Assembly (NCBI GenBank): GCA_964344705.1
Contig: CAYFOG010000003.1
Coordinates: 16,715-80,714 of the forward strand
Reading direction: 5' to 3'
Length of the DNA stretch: 64,000 bases
Source: Candidatus Woesearchaeota archaeon
GTDB lineage: Archaea > Nanobdellota > Nanobdellia > UBA10117 > ARS21
Each line of letters opens with the position of its first letter. Position 1 is the stretch's first letter. Position numbers and translations under genes: made by a program. Shown one piece after another: positions 39,601 to 47,342 of the stretch. The notes beneath the pieces are model-generated. The model was not told where the DNA came from. It worked only from the letters and a program-made list of their open reading frames with translations, and did not search any database.

Positions 39601-40008
39601 ATCGATTAAGCCTTCTAAAGGTGCTGAAACAACGCCTTGTGTAATGTATGCGAAGCCGGTTCTGATGCCAATATTTATTGCAGTTATTTTGTTCTCAAAT
39701 TTACAAAATTTTTCTGAGCTTATTTCATCCGCCAGAACGAGCGCTACGCGCCAATCTCCAAAACCATATTGTTTTTCAAGTTCGCTGATTCTTTCAACAA
39801 TTCCGCTTCCAATTAAATTTGGAGATATGGATCCCATGATTGCTTCAACCCTTTCTGCGACAGAAGCAGCAATTGGAATATCACATTTGGTTTGTGGGTC
39901 AATTCCTGCTTTTCTTGCTTGGTTTGCTAATTCACGTAGTTCAAGAGTTTTTGATTTGAGTGTTGAAAAATATTCTTCGATATGTTTGGGTGCAACAAGA
40001 TTTGACAT
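36613..40008 (-). CDS. polC: DNA polymerase II (PolD) large catalytic subunit DP2
   Basis: 1131 aa with the archaea-specific DP2 architecture and C-terminal zinc-ribbon cysteines (CIACNEKY...CVKCNKPK). Length indicates no intein. Confidence 0.85.
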   Translation of the reverse strand: MSNLVAPKHIEEYFSTLKSKTLELRELANQARKAGIDPQTKCDIPIAASVAERVEAIMGSISPNLIGSGIVERISELEKQYGFGDWRVALVLADEISSEKFCKFENKITAINIGIRTGFAYITQGVVSAPLEGLIDVKFKKRNDGKDYLALYYAGPIRGGGATASAVTTVIADYVRKKQGIEKYDPTTQEIKRMYTEVMDYYERVERKQYKPTEEEIRHIISNLPVELDGDPTSELTVSNFKGLSRIETDRIRGGVALMLTDALPLKGGKVMKKLNNWGKDFDLDWQWLNDYQELKKQIHEQADGQKTEEKDNNKLKPNYSYIAEIVAGRPVFTHPLRQGGFRQRYGRSRLTGHGSWAISPITMQVLNNYLAIGTQLRVERPGKSTSLTSCDSIEGPIVKLKDGSVHKPKTEEEAKELTKEIAEILYLGDILISPGEFTENGHFLVPAGYCPEWWAQELKKAIKDNPKTYHNLPKDFFNTFIPPEINFDTAIKLSKDFNIPLHPEFTFYLDALQEKQKIQLQNYIKSEMPADAPEKRLLELIGCPHTIKDNKIILTKLNQNILNTHFRTDIKFRNKFGTGIGARMGRPEKAKMRDLKGSPNFLFPVGNEGGRLRSFNEAITVGHVTADFPIIKCLDCNKSTIFQKCEHCNSENTQQQYVDYKTKKKYSTPETPTCVPYERRKYALPELSKRIKKEWDGPFPKLIKGVRATMNKFRYVEHPTKGLLRAKHSLRVNKDGTVRYDGTELGATHFTPKEIGLSVKKANKLGYTKDVHNQPLTKPTQLVEIFPQDVILPNEEFLGIESATSVFKRVADFVDEELVNLYKLPAFYNIATNEDLIGQLIIGLAPHTSAGIIGRIIGFSNISGVIAHPMWHAAQRRDLDGEETAIMLTLDAFLNFSRDFLPDRRGARSMDAPLVISTILNSKEVDDEVYDLNITWDYPLEFYEATLGMKYPWEVRVKSIGDVIDQEDQYQNHGFTHTVSDMNKGVNVSAYKYLPTMVEKMEGQLDLADKIRAVDLHKVGELIINGHFIRDLKGNMRKFTMQRFRCIACNEKYRRPPLAGKCVKCNKPKVIYTISEGSVKKYLEPTLNLIEIEGTSEYLRESIRLFSSRVESVFGKDATKQISLGGFINE

Positions 40009-40029
40009 GCTAATTTCATTATGATGATG

Positions 40030-40037
40030 TTTAAATA
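40030..40037. promoter_or_regulatory. shared, near-palindromic TATA element (TTTAAATA) for divergent PolD-DP2 and padR-like promoters
   Basis: Lies about 25 bp from the DP2 ATG (40008, minus) and about 25 bp from the PadR-like ATG cluster (40057/40060, plus). Confidence 0.35.
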
Positions 40038-40056
40038 TGATTGTGTGAAAAAGTAT

Positions 40057-40386
40057 ATGATGGGAAATGGATCTCGAGGGCGACCAACATTTAGTCCAAT
40101 AAGAGACAATCTGGTTGAACTTTTATTTTTTGTAGGTAATAGTTACGGATATGATTTGTACAAGAAATATATACAAGTCTTTCACAAAACAACTATGAGA
40201 TCAATTTATTATCATTTGAATAAAGGTGTGGAGCTTGGTGTGTTTAAGATTGACAAAGTTGAAAATATTCCGGGAAATTATTCTTGGGGCGAAGGTGTTA
40301 GACGCGTGGTGTTTGCACTTGATGAAAAAGCTCAACCTAAAAAGGATGTGCGTGTTTTGAAGCGTCTTAAAGAAATTTCTAAGTGA
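40057..40386 (+). CDS. PadR-like winged-helix transcriptional regulator (start placed at second Met cluster; track start is 40021)
   Basis: LVELLFFVGNSYGYDLYKKYIQVF...MRSIYYHLNKGVELGVF...RRVVFAL matches the PadR pattern. The earlier ATGs would overlap the divergent DP2 promoter TATA. Confidence 0.45.
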   Translation: MMGNGSRGRPTFSPIRDNLVELLFFVGNSYGYDLYKKYIQVFHKTTMRSIYYHLNKGVELGVFKIDKVENIPGNYSWGEGVRRVVFALDEKAQPKKDVRVLKRLKEISK

Positions 40387-40672
40387 AAATGATAAGACTC
40401 TGAGCCCTGTATTTCTCATGGAACTTAGTTATTGTTAATTGATTTTCATTTTATATTTTCTTTCTTTTCTATATTGAAAATAATAATATATAATATATTA
40501 ATCGTTTTGATTTTATAATTCAAATACAAGTTCTATAGGAAATAAAAGGGTAGGAGGTCTGTATTTTATAAGCAAATTTAAAAGCATAGCGGCACAGTTA
40601 TACGTTTTTGTAGAATTTTTTAGATTCTCAAACGGATAAAGTATTTTAAGCTCAGTTTCTTATGGAACTTTT
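40387..40672. promoter_or_regulatory. candidate chromosomal replication origin (oriC): AT-rich DUE-like region with flanking direct repeats, immediately upstream of cdc6/orc1
   Basis: A 286-bp non-coding, extremely AT-rich stretch (..aataataatatataatatattaat..) is bounded by TTTCTCATGGAACTTAG (about 40414) and TTTCTTATGGAACTTTT (about 40655). A GGAAATAAAAGGG element is present. Its position next to orc1 and PolD genes is the classical archaeal oriC context. Confidence 0.45.
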
Positions 40673-41950
40673 ATGAGTGATCCACAAACCAAATTGAACG
40701 ATTCAGGAATTGAAGAAAAACAAGTCACGGAAGAAGTTGAACGCACGCGAGACGAATTAGATGATTTATTCGATGATTTTGTTTCAAAAAAATCCATTTT
40801 CATCAATAAAGATGTTTTATCTATCCGCCACGTTCCCAAAACAATACCTCACCGAAAAGAACACATCAAAAAACTAGGAATGATTTTGGCACCAGCGCTT
40901 AGAAACGACAGACCTTCAAATATTTTTGTCTATGGAAAAACAGGAACTGGAAAAACTTTGTGTGTATTACACACACTGAATAGAATTGTTGACCGAATTA
41001 AGGGAACTGATTCTTCTTTATCTTTTGCATACTTAAACTGTAAATTGAAGAAAGTTGCAGATACGGAATACCGAGTCATCGCTTCCCTTGCTAAAGAATT
41101 GGGTGCCAATGTTCCAGTTACAGGTTTACCAACTGATGAAGTATACAATATTTTCTTAAAAAAACTCGATGAACAAGAACAAGTTGTTATCTTAGTATTG
41201 GACGAAATCGATAGATTAGTTAAAAAAACAGGTGACGAAATATTATATAGCTTAACTCGAATCAATTCCGAACTCAAAAAATCAAAACTTTGTTTAATAG
41301 GAATTTCAAACGATGTTCGTTTCATTGAAAATATCGATCCAAGAGTTAAGAGCTCGCTAGGTGAAGAAGAACTAATCTTCCCACCATATAATGCTCTCGA
41401 GTTAAAAGATATTTTGAGTGAGCGAGCAACAAACGCATTCGCAGAAAATTCAATTCATCCAGCAGTACTACCGAAATGTGCAGCATATGCTGCCAAAGAG
41501 CATGGTGATGCCCGACGAGCTCTTGACTTATTACGAGTTGCGGGAGAAGTTGCTGAACGAGCTGCAGCAGAAGAAGTTAAGATGGATCATATTCGCGAGG
41601 CAGAAGACAAAATCGAAAAAAATAGAATACTTGAACTAGTCAAAACGCTACCAAACCAATCAAAATTATTAATTTACTCAATATTTATTTTAAGTAAAAA
41701 TAAAACTGACAAACTCGTTACGGGAGAAATATATCAAACCTATGCCGAGTTATGTAAAATTAACGACAACTCAATTTTAACACAACGAAGAATTTCAGAT
41801 CTAATTTCAGAGTTAGATATGCTTGGTTTGATTAATGCTCGAGTAATAAGTAAAGGACGACACGGACGCACTCGCGAGATTTATTCCACAATTCCAGCAG
41901 ATTTAACTGAAATTATAACTGAAGATTTGAAAGGTGAATTAAGATTATGA
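40673..41950 (+). CDS. cdc6: Orc1/Cdc6 replication initiator (AAA+ plus C-terminal winged helix)
   Basis: Walker A VYGKTGTGKT, Walker B VLDEID, C-terminal wH; 425 aa. TATA-like gtattttaa about 30 bp upstream. Confidence 0.9.
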   Translation: MSDPQTKLNDSGIEEKQVTEEVERTRDELDDLFDDFVSKKSIFINKDVLSIRHVPKTIPHRKEHIKKLGMILAPALRNDRPSNIFVYGKTGTGKTLCVLHTLNRIVDRIKGTDSSLSFAYLNCKLKKVADTEYRVIASLAKELGANVPVTGLPTDEVYNIFLKKLDEQEQVVILVLDEIDRLVKKTGDEILYSLTRINSELKKSKLCLIGISNDVRFIENIDPRVKSSLGEEELIFPPYNALELKDILSERATNAFAENSIHPAVLPKCAAYAAKEHGDARRALDLLRVAGEVAERAAAEEVKMDHIREAEDKIEKNRILELVKTLPNQSKLLIYSIFILSKNKTDKLVTGEIYQTYAELCKINDNSILTQRRISDLISELDMLGLINARVISKGRHGRTREIYSTIPADLTEIITEDLKGELRL

Positions 41951-43317
41951 TTAACCAAGAAATCATCAAACAATTATTGGACAAAGGGATTCTACCCACA
42001 TCGGAAAATATTGAAAAGGCCACACAGGAAGTAGTAATTGTTAAACCAAAAATTGATGATTTGCGTGCTCGTTTGAAGATTGTCAAGGAATTCGACTATA
42101 AACAAAAGAAGATTACTCCGGCTGATTTTACTGAACACTATCGCGAGAGGTATAAAACTATGAAGAATATACTATTCAATCGACCTGAAGCAGCAACAGC
42201 AGTTTCAATTGACCGCGCTAAGCAAGGTTTCGGAAACGATGATCAAATTATAATTGCAATGGTTTCAGATATCAATAGAATGACTACTGGAACAATCAAA
42301 ATAACTGTAGAGGATTTAAGTGGTCAAATGGACATAATCATATCATCAAAAAACACTGATTTGATTGAGGAAGCCAAGTTTTTGACACTCGATGAAGTCC
42401 TAATTTTCAAAGGGCGAGTTATGAGAGATGTTATGTTTCTACAAGAGATAATCTTACCTGATATTCCACAACAACCAGTACAATATAGTCCTGAAGAAGT
42501 TTACGCGGTGTTTTCAGGAGACATTCATGTTGGATCGAAGCTATTCCTGCCAAAACAATTTGGTTCGTTTATAGATTGGTTAAGTGGAAAAGTTGGAAGT
42601 GAGCGTCAGAAAGAGATCGCGAAGAAGACCAAATATTTCTATATTCCTGGAGACTTGGTCGACGGTGTTGGAATTTTTCCAAGACAGAACAAAGAATTGG
42701 AAATTGGAGATTTGAGAGGGCAATACGAAGAGCTTGCAAAATATCTTGCTCGCGTGCCGAGTGACAAACAGATAATAATCTGCCCGGGAAATCACGACGC
42801 AGGCGTGCGTCTGGAAGAACCACAGCCTCGAATGAAAGATTACGCTGAATCAATTCTTGAATTACCAAATGTTACTATGGTCACAAATCCATCTTATACA
42901 AATATTCATGCGATAGATAAATACAAAGGTCAAGATGTTCTGATGTATCATGGATATTCCTTCGATAGATTAATTGATCAAGTTGAAGGTTTGCGTTTGG
43001 CAGGAGGATATGAGAAGGCAGACGAAATTCACAAGTTCTTGTTGAAACGCCGACACTTGAGCCCGACTCACAATCTAAATTTAACAATTCCAATGAAGCA
43101 AGATCCGCACGCAATTACACAAATTCCAGACATTATGGTTTCAGGTCATATTCACAAAGCAAATATTGGGAATTATAAAAACACAGTTTCGATTTCCGGA
43201 AGCTGCTGGCAATCAGTTACAGACTTTCAATTGAAATTTGGTCATGTCCCCGATCCAGGAATGATTCCAATCATGAATCTGAAAACACGAAAGTCAAACA
43301 TGCTTAGCTTCAAGTAG
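41947..43317 (+). CDS. polB2: DNA polymerase II (PolD) small subunit DP1 (calcineurin-like phosphoesterase, 3'-5' exonuclease)
   Basis: Phosphoesterase motifs GDIHVGS, GDLVDG and PGNHDA; N-terminal OB-fold region. 4-nt overlap with cdc6. Confidence 0.85.
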   Translation: MINQEIIKQLLDKGILPTSENIEKATQEVVIVKPKIDDLRARLKIVKEFDYKQKKITPADFTEHYRERYKTMKNILFNRPEAATAVSIDRAKQGFGNDDQIIIAMVSDINRMTTGTIKITVEDLSGQMDIIISSKNTDLIEEAKFLTLDEVLIFKGRVMRDVMFLQEIILPDIPQQPVQYSPEEVYAVFSGDIHVGSKLFLPKQFGSFIDWLSGKVGSERQKEIAKKTKYFYIPGDLVDGVGIFPRQNKELEIGDLRGQYEELAKYLARVPSDKQIIICPGNHDAGVRLEEPQPRMKDYAESILELPNVTMVTNPSYTNIHAIDKYKGQDVLMYHGYSFDRLIDQVEGLRLAGGYEKADEIHKFLLKRRHLSPTHNLNLTIPMKQDPHAITQIPDIMVSGHIHKANIGNYKNTVSISGSCWQSVTDFQLKFGHVPDPGMIPIMNLKTRKSNMLSFK

Positions 43318-43332
43318 TTATTTATACTTTAA

Positions 43333-44166
43333 TTGCTTGGAAAGAACATGTTCCCGTTGTTCGGATTTGTTATACATGTAGCTTTATTTGCAGCCGTACA
43401 AATTCTAGGAATTTTTACTGGATTAAATGCTTTAAAAATATTAGATAGTTCTTCCACAGCTATTCAAGAAGTTCCACTATCCGCAACAATATTGTCTTTT
43501 CTGATTGCATTTAGTTTATTATTTTTGCTTTTGAGATTTTCAGGTAAGTTTAATTTGTTCAAATACTTCTTTTATTTTCTAATTATAATTGGAAGTAAGC
43601 TCGTATTTGAAGCTTTCTTTGCACCACTGATTGCAAACATTCTAACGTTATCTTTATTGGCGCTGTTTTTATTTTACAAATCTTTACTAGTCCATAACTT
43701 AACTTTAGGAATCACCATTGCTGGAGTGGCAGTCAGTTTAGGTTTGAGTTTCAGCTTTTCAACAGTGTTATTTTTGATAGGAATATTTTCATTCTATGAT
43801 GTTTTGGCAGTTTATAGAAGTTCACACATGATCAATTTGTTCAAAGGAATGGCCAAGAAAGGAGTTATTCTTGCAGTTATGGTTCCTCAACATTTAAGCA
43901 AAATCAGTGCTAAATCAAATGAGTTCAAGCCAGGACAAGGCGTCTTTGTTTTAGGCACAGGAGATTTAGCATTTCCATTATTTCTTGCAGTTAGCGCATT
44001 AAAGTTTTCAGTTGTTAGTGCTTGGTTTATTGCGAGCGGAGCAATTTTTGGATCTGCACTTGTTTATTATCTTTTGAATACTCAGAAATCAAATAGAGCA
44101 ATGCCAGCATTACCGCCAATTGCGCTTTGTAGCGTGCTAGGATTCTTACTGAGTTTGGTTGTTTAA
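43333..44166 (+). CDS. presenilin/signal-peptide-peptidase homolog (A22 intramembrane aspartyl protease, PSH-like)
   Basis: The YD (FSFYDVLAVY), GxGD (LGTGDLAFP) and PAL (AMPALPP) motifs are present in the correct order within a roughly 9-TM protein. Confidence 0.7.
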   Translation: MLGKNMFPLFGFVIHVALFAAVQILGIFTGLNALKILDSSSTAIQEVPLSATILSFLIAFSLLFLLLRFSGKFNLFKYFFYFLIIIGSKLVFEAFFAPLIANILTLSLLALFLFYKSLLVHNLTLGITIAGVAVSLGLSFSFSTVLFLIGIFSFYDVLAVYRSSHMINLFKGMAKKGVILAVMVPQHLSKISAKSNEFKPGQGVFVLGTGDLAFPLFLAVSALKFSVVSAWFIASGAIFGSALVYYLLNTQKSNRAMPALPPIALCSVLGFLLSLVV

Positions 44167-44813
44167 TGTTCACCTTCAATATCTAAAAGTTCACGAATAA
44201 GTTTTGCTTTCTTTGGACCGAGTTTGTCAATTTTTGTCAAATCTTCTTCAGTGGCATTTAGTAAACTAATTGGCGATTTGAATTCCTTCAACAGAGATTT
44301 TGCAAGTTTTGGCCCAACAAGAGGAAGACCTTCCACCAAAAATTGTTGCTGTTCTTCAATCGACCAAGTTCGTTTCGATCCTCGAAGTGAAATTTCTTTA
44401 TTATTTTCAAGCTGCTCTCGTTTTGCAAGTGAAATTAACAAGTTTACAGTCTCTTCAGTATCTTGTGAAAATAAGAAAGGAATTTGATAGTCCAAAGTTA
44501 GTGAAAGCATCGCTGCCCTGATGGCATTTGGATGAACATTCCGAATTTCAAAAATATTTTGAATATCTCCTTCAATAATGTAAAGCGGTTTTTGAAAATT
44601 TTCTCGCAGTTCTTTTGCTTGCGTGAATAATCGTCCATCAACTAACGAGTTAACAAAGTCTGGAACTTTCTTCAATTCTACAACACATTCGTTTGAGAGA
44701 ATAAAATCTCCAACTTCTAAAGCTTTAGTTTCTATTTGAATATCTTTTTCATAGAGATATCTAGGCAATTGACCTTTGTTCTCTCTGTGATCAACAATTA
44801 TCTTAAGATCCAT
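44163..44813 (-). CDS. hef: Hef/XPF-family ERCC4 nuclease domain + tandem HhH (C-terminal half of Hef as a separate ORF)
   Basis: ERCC4-like core (VDHREN...GDFIL...VELKK) and C-terminal HhH2 (LPLVGPKLAKSLL...IDKLGPKKAKLIRELL). The start overlaps the upstream helicase ORF by 11 nt in a different frame. Confidence 0.7.
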   Translation of the reverse strand: MDLKIIVDHRENKGQLPRYLYEKDIQIETKALEVGDFILSNECVVELKKVPDFVNSLVDGRLFTQAKELRENFQKPLYIIEGDIQNIFEIRNVHPNAIRAAMLSLTLDYQIPFLFSQDTEETVNLLISLAKREQLENNKEISLRGSKRTWSIEEQQQFLVEGLPLVGPKLAKSLLKEFKSPISLLNATEEDLTKIDKLGPKKAKLIRELLDIEGEH

Positions 44814-46254
44814 TTTCGAGGAGTTCTTTCATTCGACGTTCTTTATGGTATGAGACCCAGTAGTATTTTTCGTCAATTGTGTCCTTTGTTATTAACATAT
44901 ATACCTTGCCAATGTTCACTCTTCCAATTCTTCCTCTTCGTTGTATGGTTCTTAATGCCGAGGGAACTGGCTCAAAGAAAATTCCAATATCTGCGTTTTC
45001 AATGTGAAGACCTTCTTCACTTACTGATGTTGCAACCAAAACATTAAATTCGCCATCTTTGAATTTTTCTAAAGTTTCAATTTGTTTCTTTTGACTCATA
45101 CCTTCCTTTTGACCAACAAATGCTTTTGCGCTACTTCGCGTATGGAGATTAATTTGCTCCGTTAGAAATTCAACAGTTTTTCTGAGTTGTGAGAAAATTA
45201 TAATTTTTTCATTTTTATTTTGTGTCAGTTCCAAGACTTTTGAAATTTTAGGATGTTCAATACCTTCATCCACTAAATTTTGCGCAGTTATTTTTGCGCG
45301 CTTGAAATCCCACTCATTAATAATTCTTTGAGAAGCTTTGGTTGATTTGGCTTGTGACTCAATCTTTTCTAATGCTTTACTGAAAGTATGAAGATTTTGG
45401 GTTTCAAGAGTTTCAATTAAATGTAATAGTTTGATTAATACGGTTAGTTCAGAAACTAGAAAATAAGTGTCTGGTCCTTTCTGTCTTTGTGAAAAAAGTG
45501 CGCGCTGAGTTTTCAGCAATTCAACCTTTCTTAGATGCGAAATGTCCTGACTTTTTATTGCGCCCCTTCCGTACAGAAGGTTGACATGTTTTTTGAGTAT
45601 ATTTTGAAGATAAGCTTTGACTTTTTTGTAATCAGCAGGAAGTTCAACCATCATTCGTTCAATCTCCTTTTTCTTGAGATGTTTTTTGAGATGCGGATTT
45701 TCTTCAGTAAGCAATTCAAAATTGTCAATGAATAAATTTTGCTTTATTTCATCTAATCTTTGCTGATCTGAAGCAGGACTTGCGGAAAGTGCAAGTATTT
45801 GTGAAGTTTCACTAAACTGTTTTGCAAGCCAAACGTAAGCGTAGTCTCCAGTTGCGCGATGAGCTTCGTCAAAAATTGCAAGTGAGATGTCTTGTGGTTT
45901 GAAATATCGTTTGATGAGGTCTGACTCGATTGTTTGAGGTGTAGCACAAATTATTTCCGAAGTTTTCCAGAGTTCCTTTCTTTGTGAAGGTGGAATTGCA
46001 CCAGTTAAATGTATTATTTTTTCATCCGGTTGAAAATATTCTTTGAAAGATTTCTCGTGCTGTACTGTGAGAGGTTTTGTTGGAGCCATAATTAAGATTT
46101 TACCTTTGTCCATGTTGAGAGATGCCAAAGCGATGGCGACAATGGTTTTACCTGCACCTGTTGGCAAAACAACGAATGAATTTTTGTCCACAATTTTTCC
46201 CAAAATTTGCTCTTGATAAGTTCTGAGCTTAAGTTTATCCTTTAGAAATTGCAT
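44803..46254 (-). CDS. hef: Hef-family SF2 helicase domain (DEAH box) as a separate ORF
   Basis: Walker A VLPTGAGKT, DEAH box FDEAHRATG, helicase C motifs (QRRGRIGR); 483 aa. Confidence 0.75.
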   Translation of the reverse strand: MQFLKDKLKLRTYQEQILGKIVDKNSFVVLPTGAGKTIVAIALASLNMDKGKILIMAPTKPLTVQHEKSFKEYFQPDEKIIHLTGAIPPSQRKELWKTSEIICATPQTIESDLIKRYFKPQDISLAIFDEAHRATGDYAYVWLAKQFSETSQILALSASPASDQQRLDEIKQNLFIDNFELLTEENPHLKKHLKKKEIERMMVELPADYKKVKAYLQNILKKHVNLLYGRGAIKSQDISHLRKVELLKTQRALFSQRQKGPDTYFLVSELTVLIKLLHLIETLETQNLHTFSKALEKIESQAKSTKASQRIINEWDFKRAKITAQNLVDEGIEHPKISKVLELTQNKNEKIIIFSQLRKTVEFLTEQINLHTRSSAKAFVGQKEGMSQKKQIETLEKFKDGEFNVLVATSVSEEGLHIENADIGIFFEPVPSALRTIQRRGRIGRVNIGKVYMLITKDTIDEKYYWVSYHKERRMKELLENGS

Positions 46255-46278
46255 GAGAAATTTTTGTGATTGTAGTAT

Positions 46279-46986
46279 TTATTGATTTGTATTAATTAGT
46301 TTACTGACGAATTTTTTCATTTTTTCTTTATGTCCAGCACCAACAATTATCAAAAGTTTCGAATCGGGAAATTTTCTTGAAATAAGTTGAACTTGATTTT
46401 GCATGTAAGTATCTCGCTCGGAAACAAGTACTCGATAGAATCCAGGAAATTTGTGACTCAGCTCTGAAATTAATTTATGAACAAGCCGATCTTTTGGAAC
46501 TTTTGTTAAATCAAGATTTATTTTGTTTTTACTGAAACCACCAAATAGCAAATATAGAACTAACTTTGATTTTTCTTTCATTGGAATATTTTTTGACATC
46601 CGATAAAGTGTGATTGAAATGTCTCTATCAATTAGCGCAACTTTTGCATCAATCTTCTTTGCCTCAAGAATTCCAGTTTTCATGTCGATACCTGGTTCTT
46701 GACCAGTTTTCTTTCCAAGAATTTTTTGTGAAATTGAACCGATAATGTAAAATAGAAACCCGAAAAGTCCGAGCTTTAATGCAGTTCTCAAATTCATTTT
46801 TCGCCTCCGTCTCGACATTAGTGCAGCATATCTTTGAGCATCAAGCTCCACAGCAATAATATTTGGTTTAAATTCCTTTACTTCTTTTTTGATTTCTTCA
46901 ATACTCTGTTCAGAAATGTGAGACGTTCCAATAACTCTAATTCGTTGATTTGTTTTTTTCAAGTCGCGAGGAGCATTTGCTTTCAT
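46279..46986 (-). CDS. TraB/PrgY-family protein
   Basis: N-terminal IRVIGTSHISEQS...IIAVELD motif typical of TraB-family proteins; 235 aa with a C-terminal TM. Confidence 0.6.
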   Translation of the reverse strand: MKANAPRDLKKTNQRIRVIGTSHISEQSIEEIKKEVKEFKPNIIAVELDAQRYAALMSRRRRKMNLRTALKLGLFGFLFYIIGSISQKILGKKTGQEPGIDMKTGILEAKKIDAKVALIDRDISITLYRMSKNIPMKEKSKLVLYLLFGGFSKNKINLDLTKVPKDRLVHKLISELSHKFPGFYRVLVSERDTYMQNQVQLISRKFPDSKLLIIVGAGHKEKMKKFVSKLINTNQ

Positions 46987-47034
46987 ATACTACTTATTAG
47001 AAATGCTTTTATTTAAAAACACTATTGAATTGTT

Positions 47035-47295
47035 ATGTTAAGCACTAAAAACTTGGGCAGTGTTCAAGGATTATCAGTTTACACTGATGCTGGAGAATTT
47101 TTTGGAATTATTGAAGAAGCAATTCTACACGCGAATAAAGTTGATTCCTGGAAAGTTAGATCAACTTCAAAATCTTACTTATCCAAAGCAATGCCGGGCA
47201 CAAAAGGAGTGATATTACCTCACCACCACGTCAAAGCAATTGGTGATGTTGTTCTGATTTCAAGATCTGCAGCACCAGCAATATCTGAAGACTAA
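47035..47295 (+). CDS. PRC-barrel-like small protein
   Basis: 86 aa; the QGLSVYTDAGEFFGIIEEAIL pattern is similar to the PRC-barrel at 33621-33880. Confidence 0.4.
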   Translation: MLSTKNLGSVQGLSVYTDAGEFFGIIEEAILHANKVDSWKVRSTSKSYLSKAMPGTKGVILPHHHVKAIGDVVLISRSAAPAISED

Positions 47296-47342
47296 TTGTG
47301 TCACTCTGATATCTTTTTAAGCTTTGATGATATCGCTAGTTA

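Noticed and set aside
36623-40024. Multiple 78-155-aa plus-strand ORFs antisense to PolD DP2
   Set aside because: They are shadow ORFs within a conserved 1131-aa gene.
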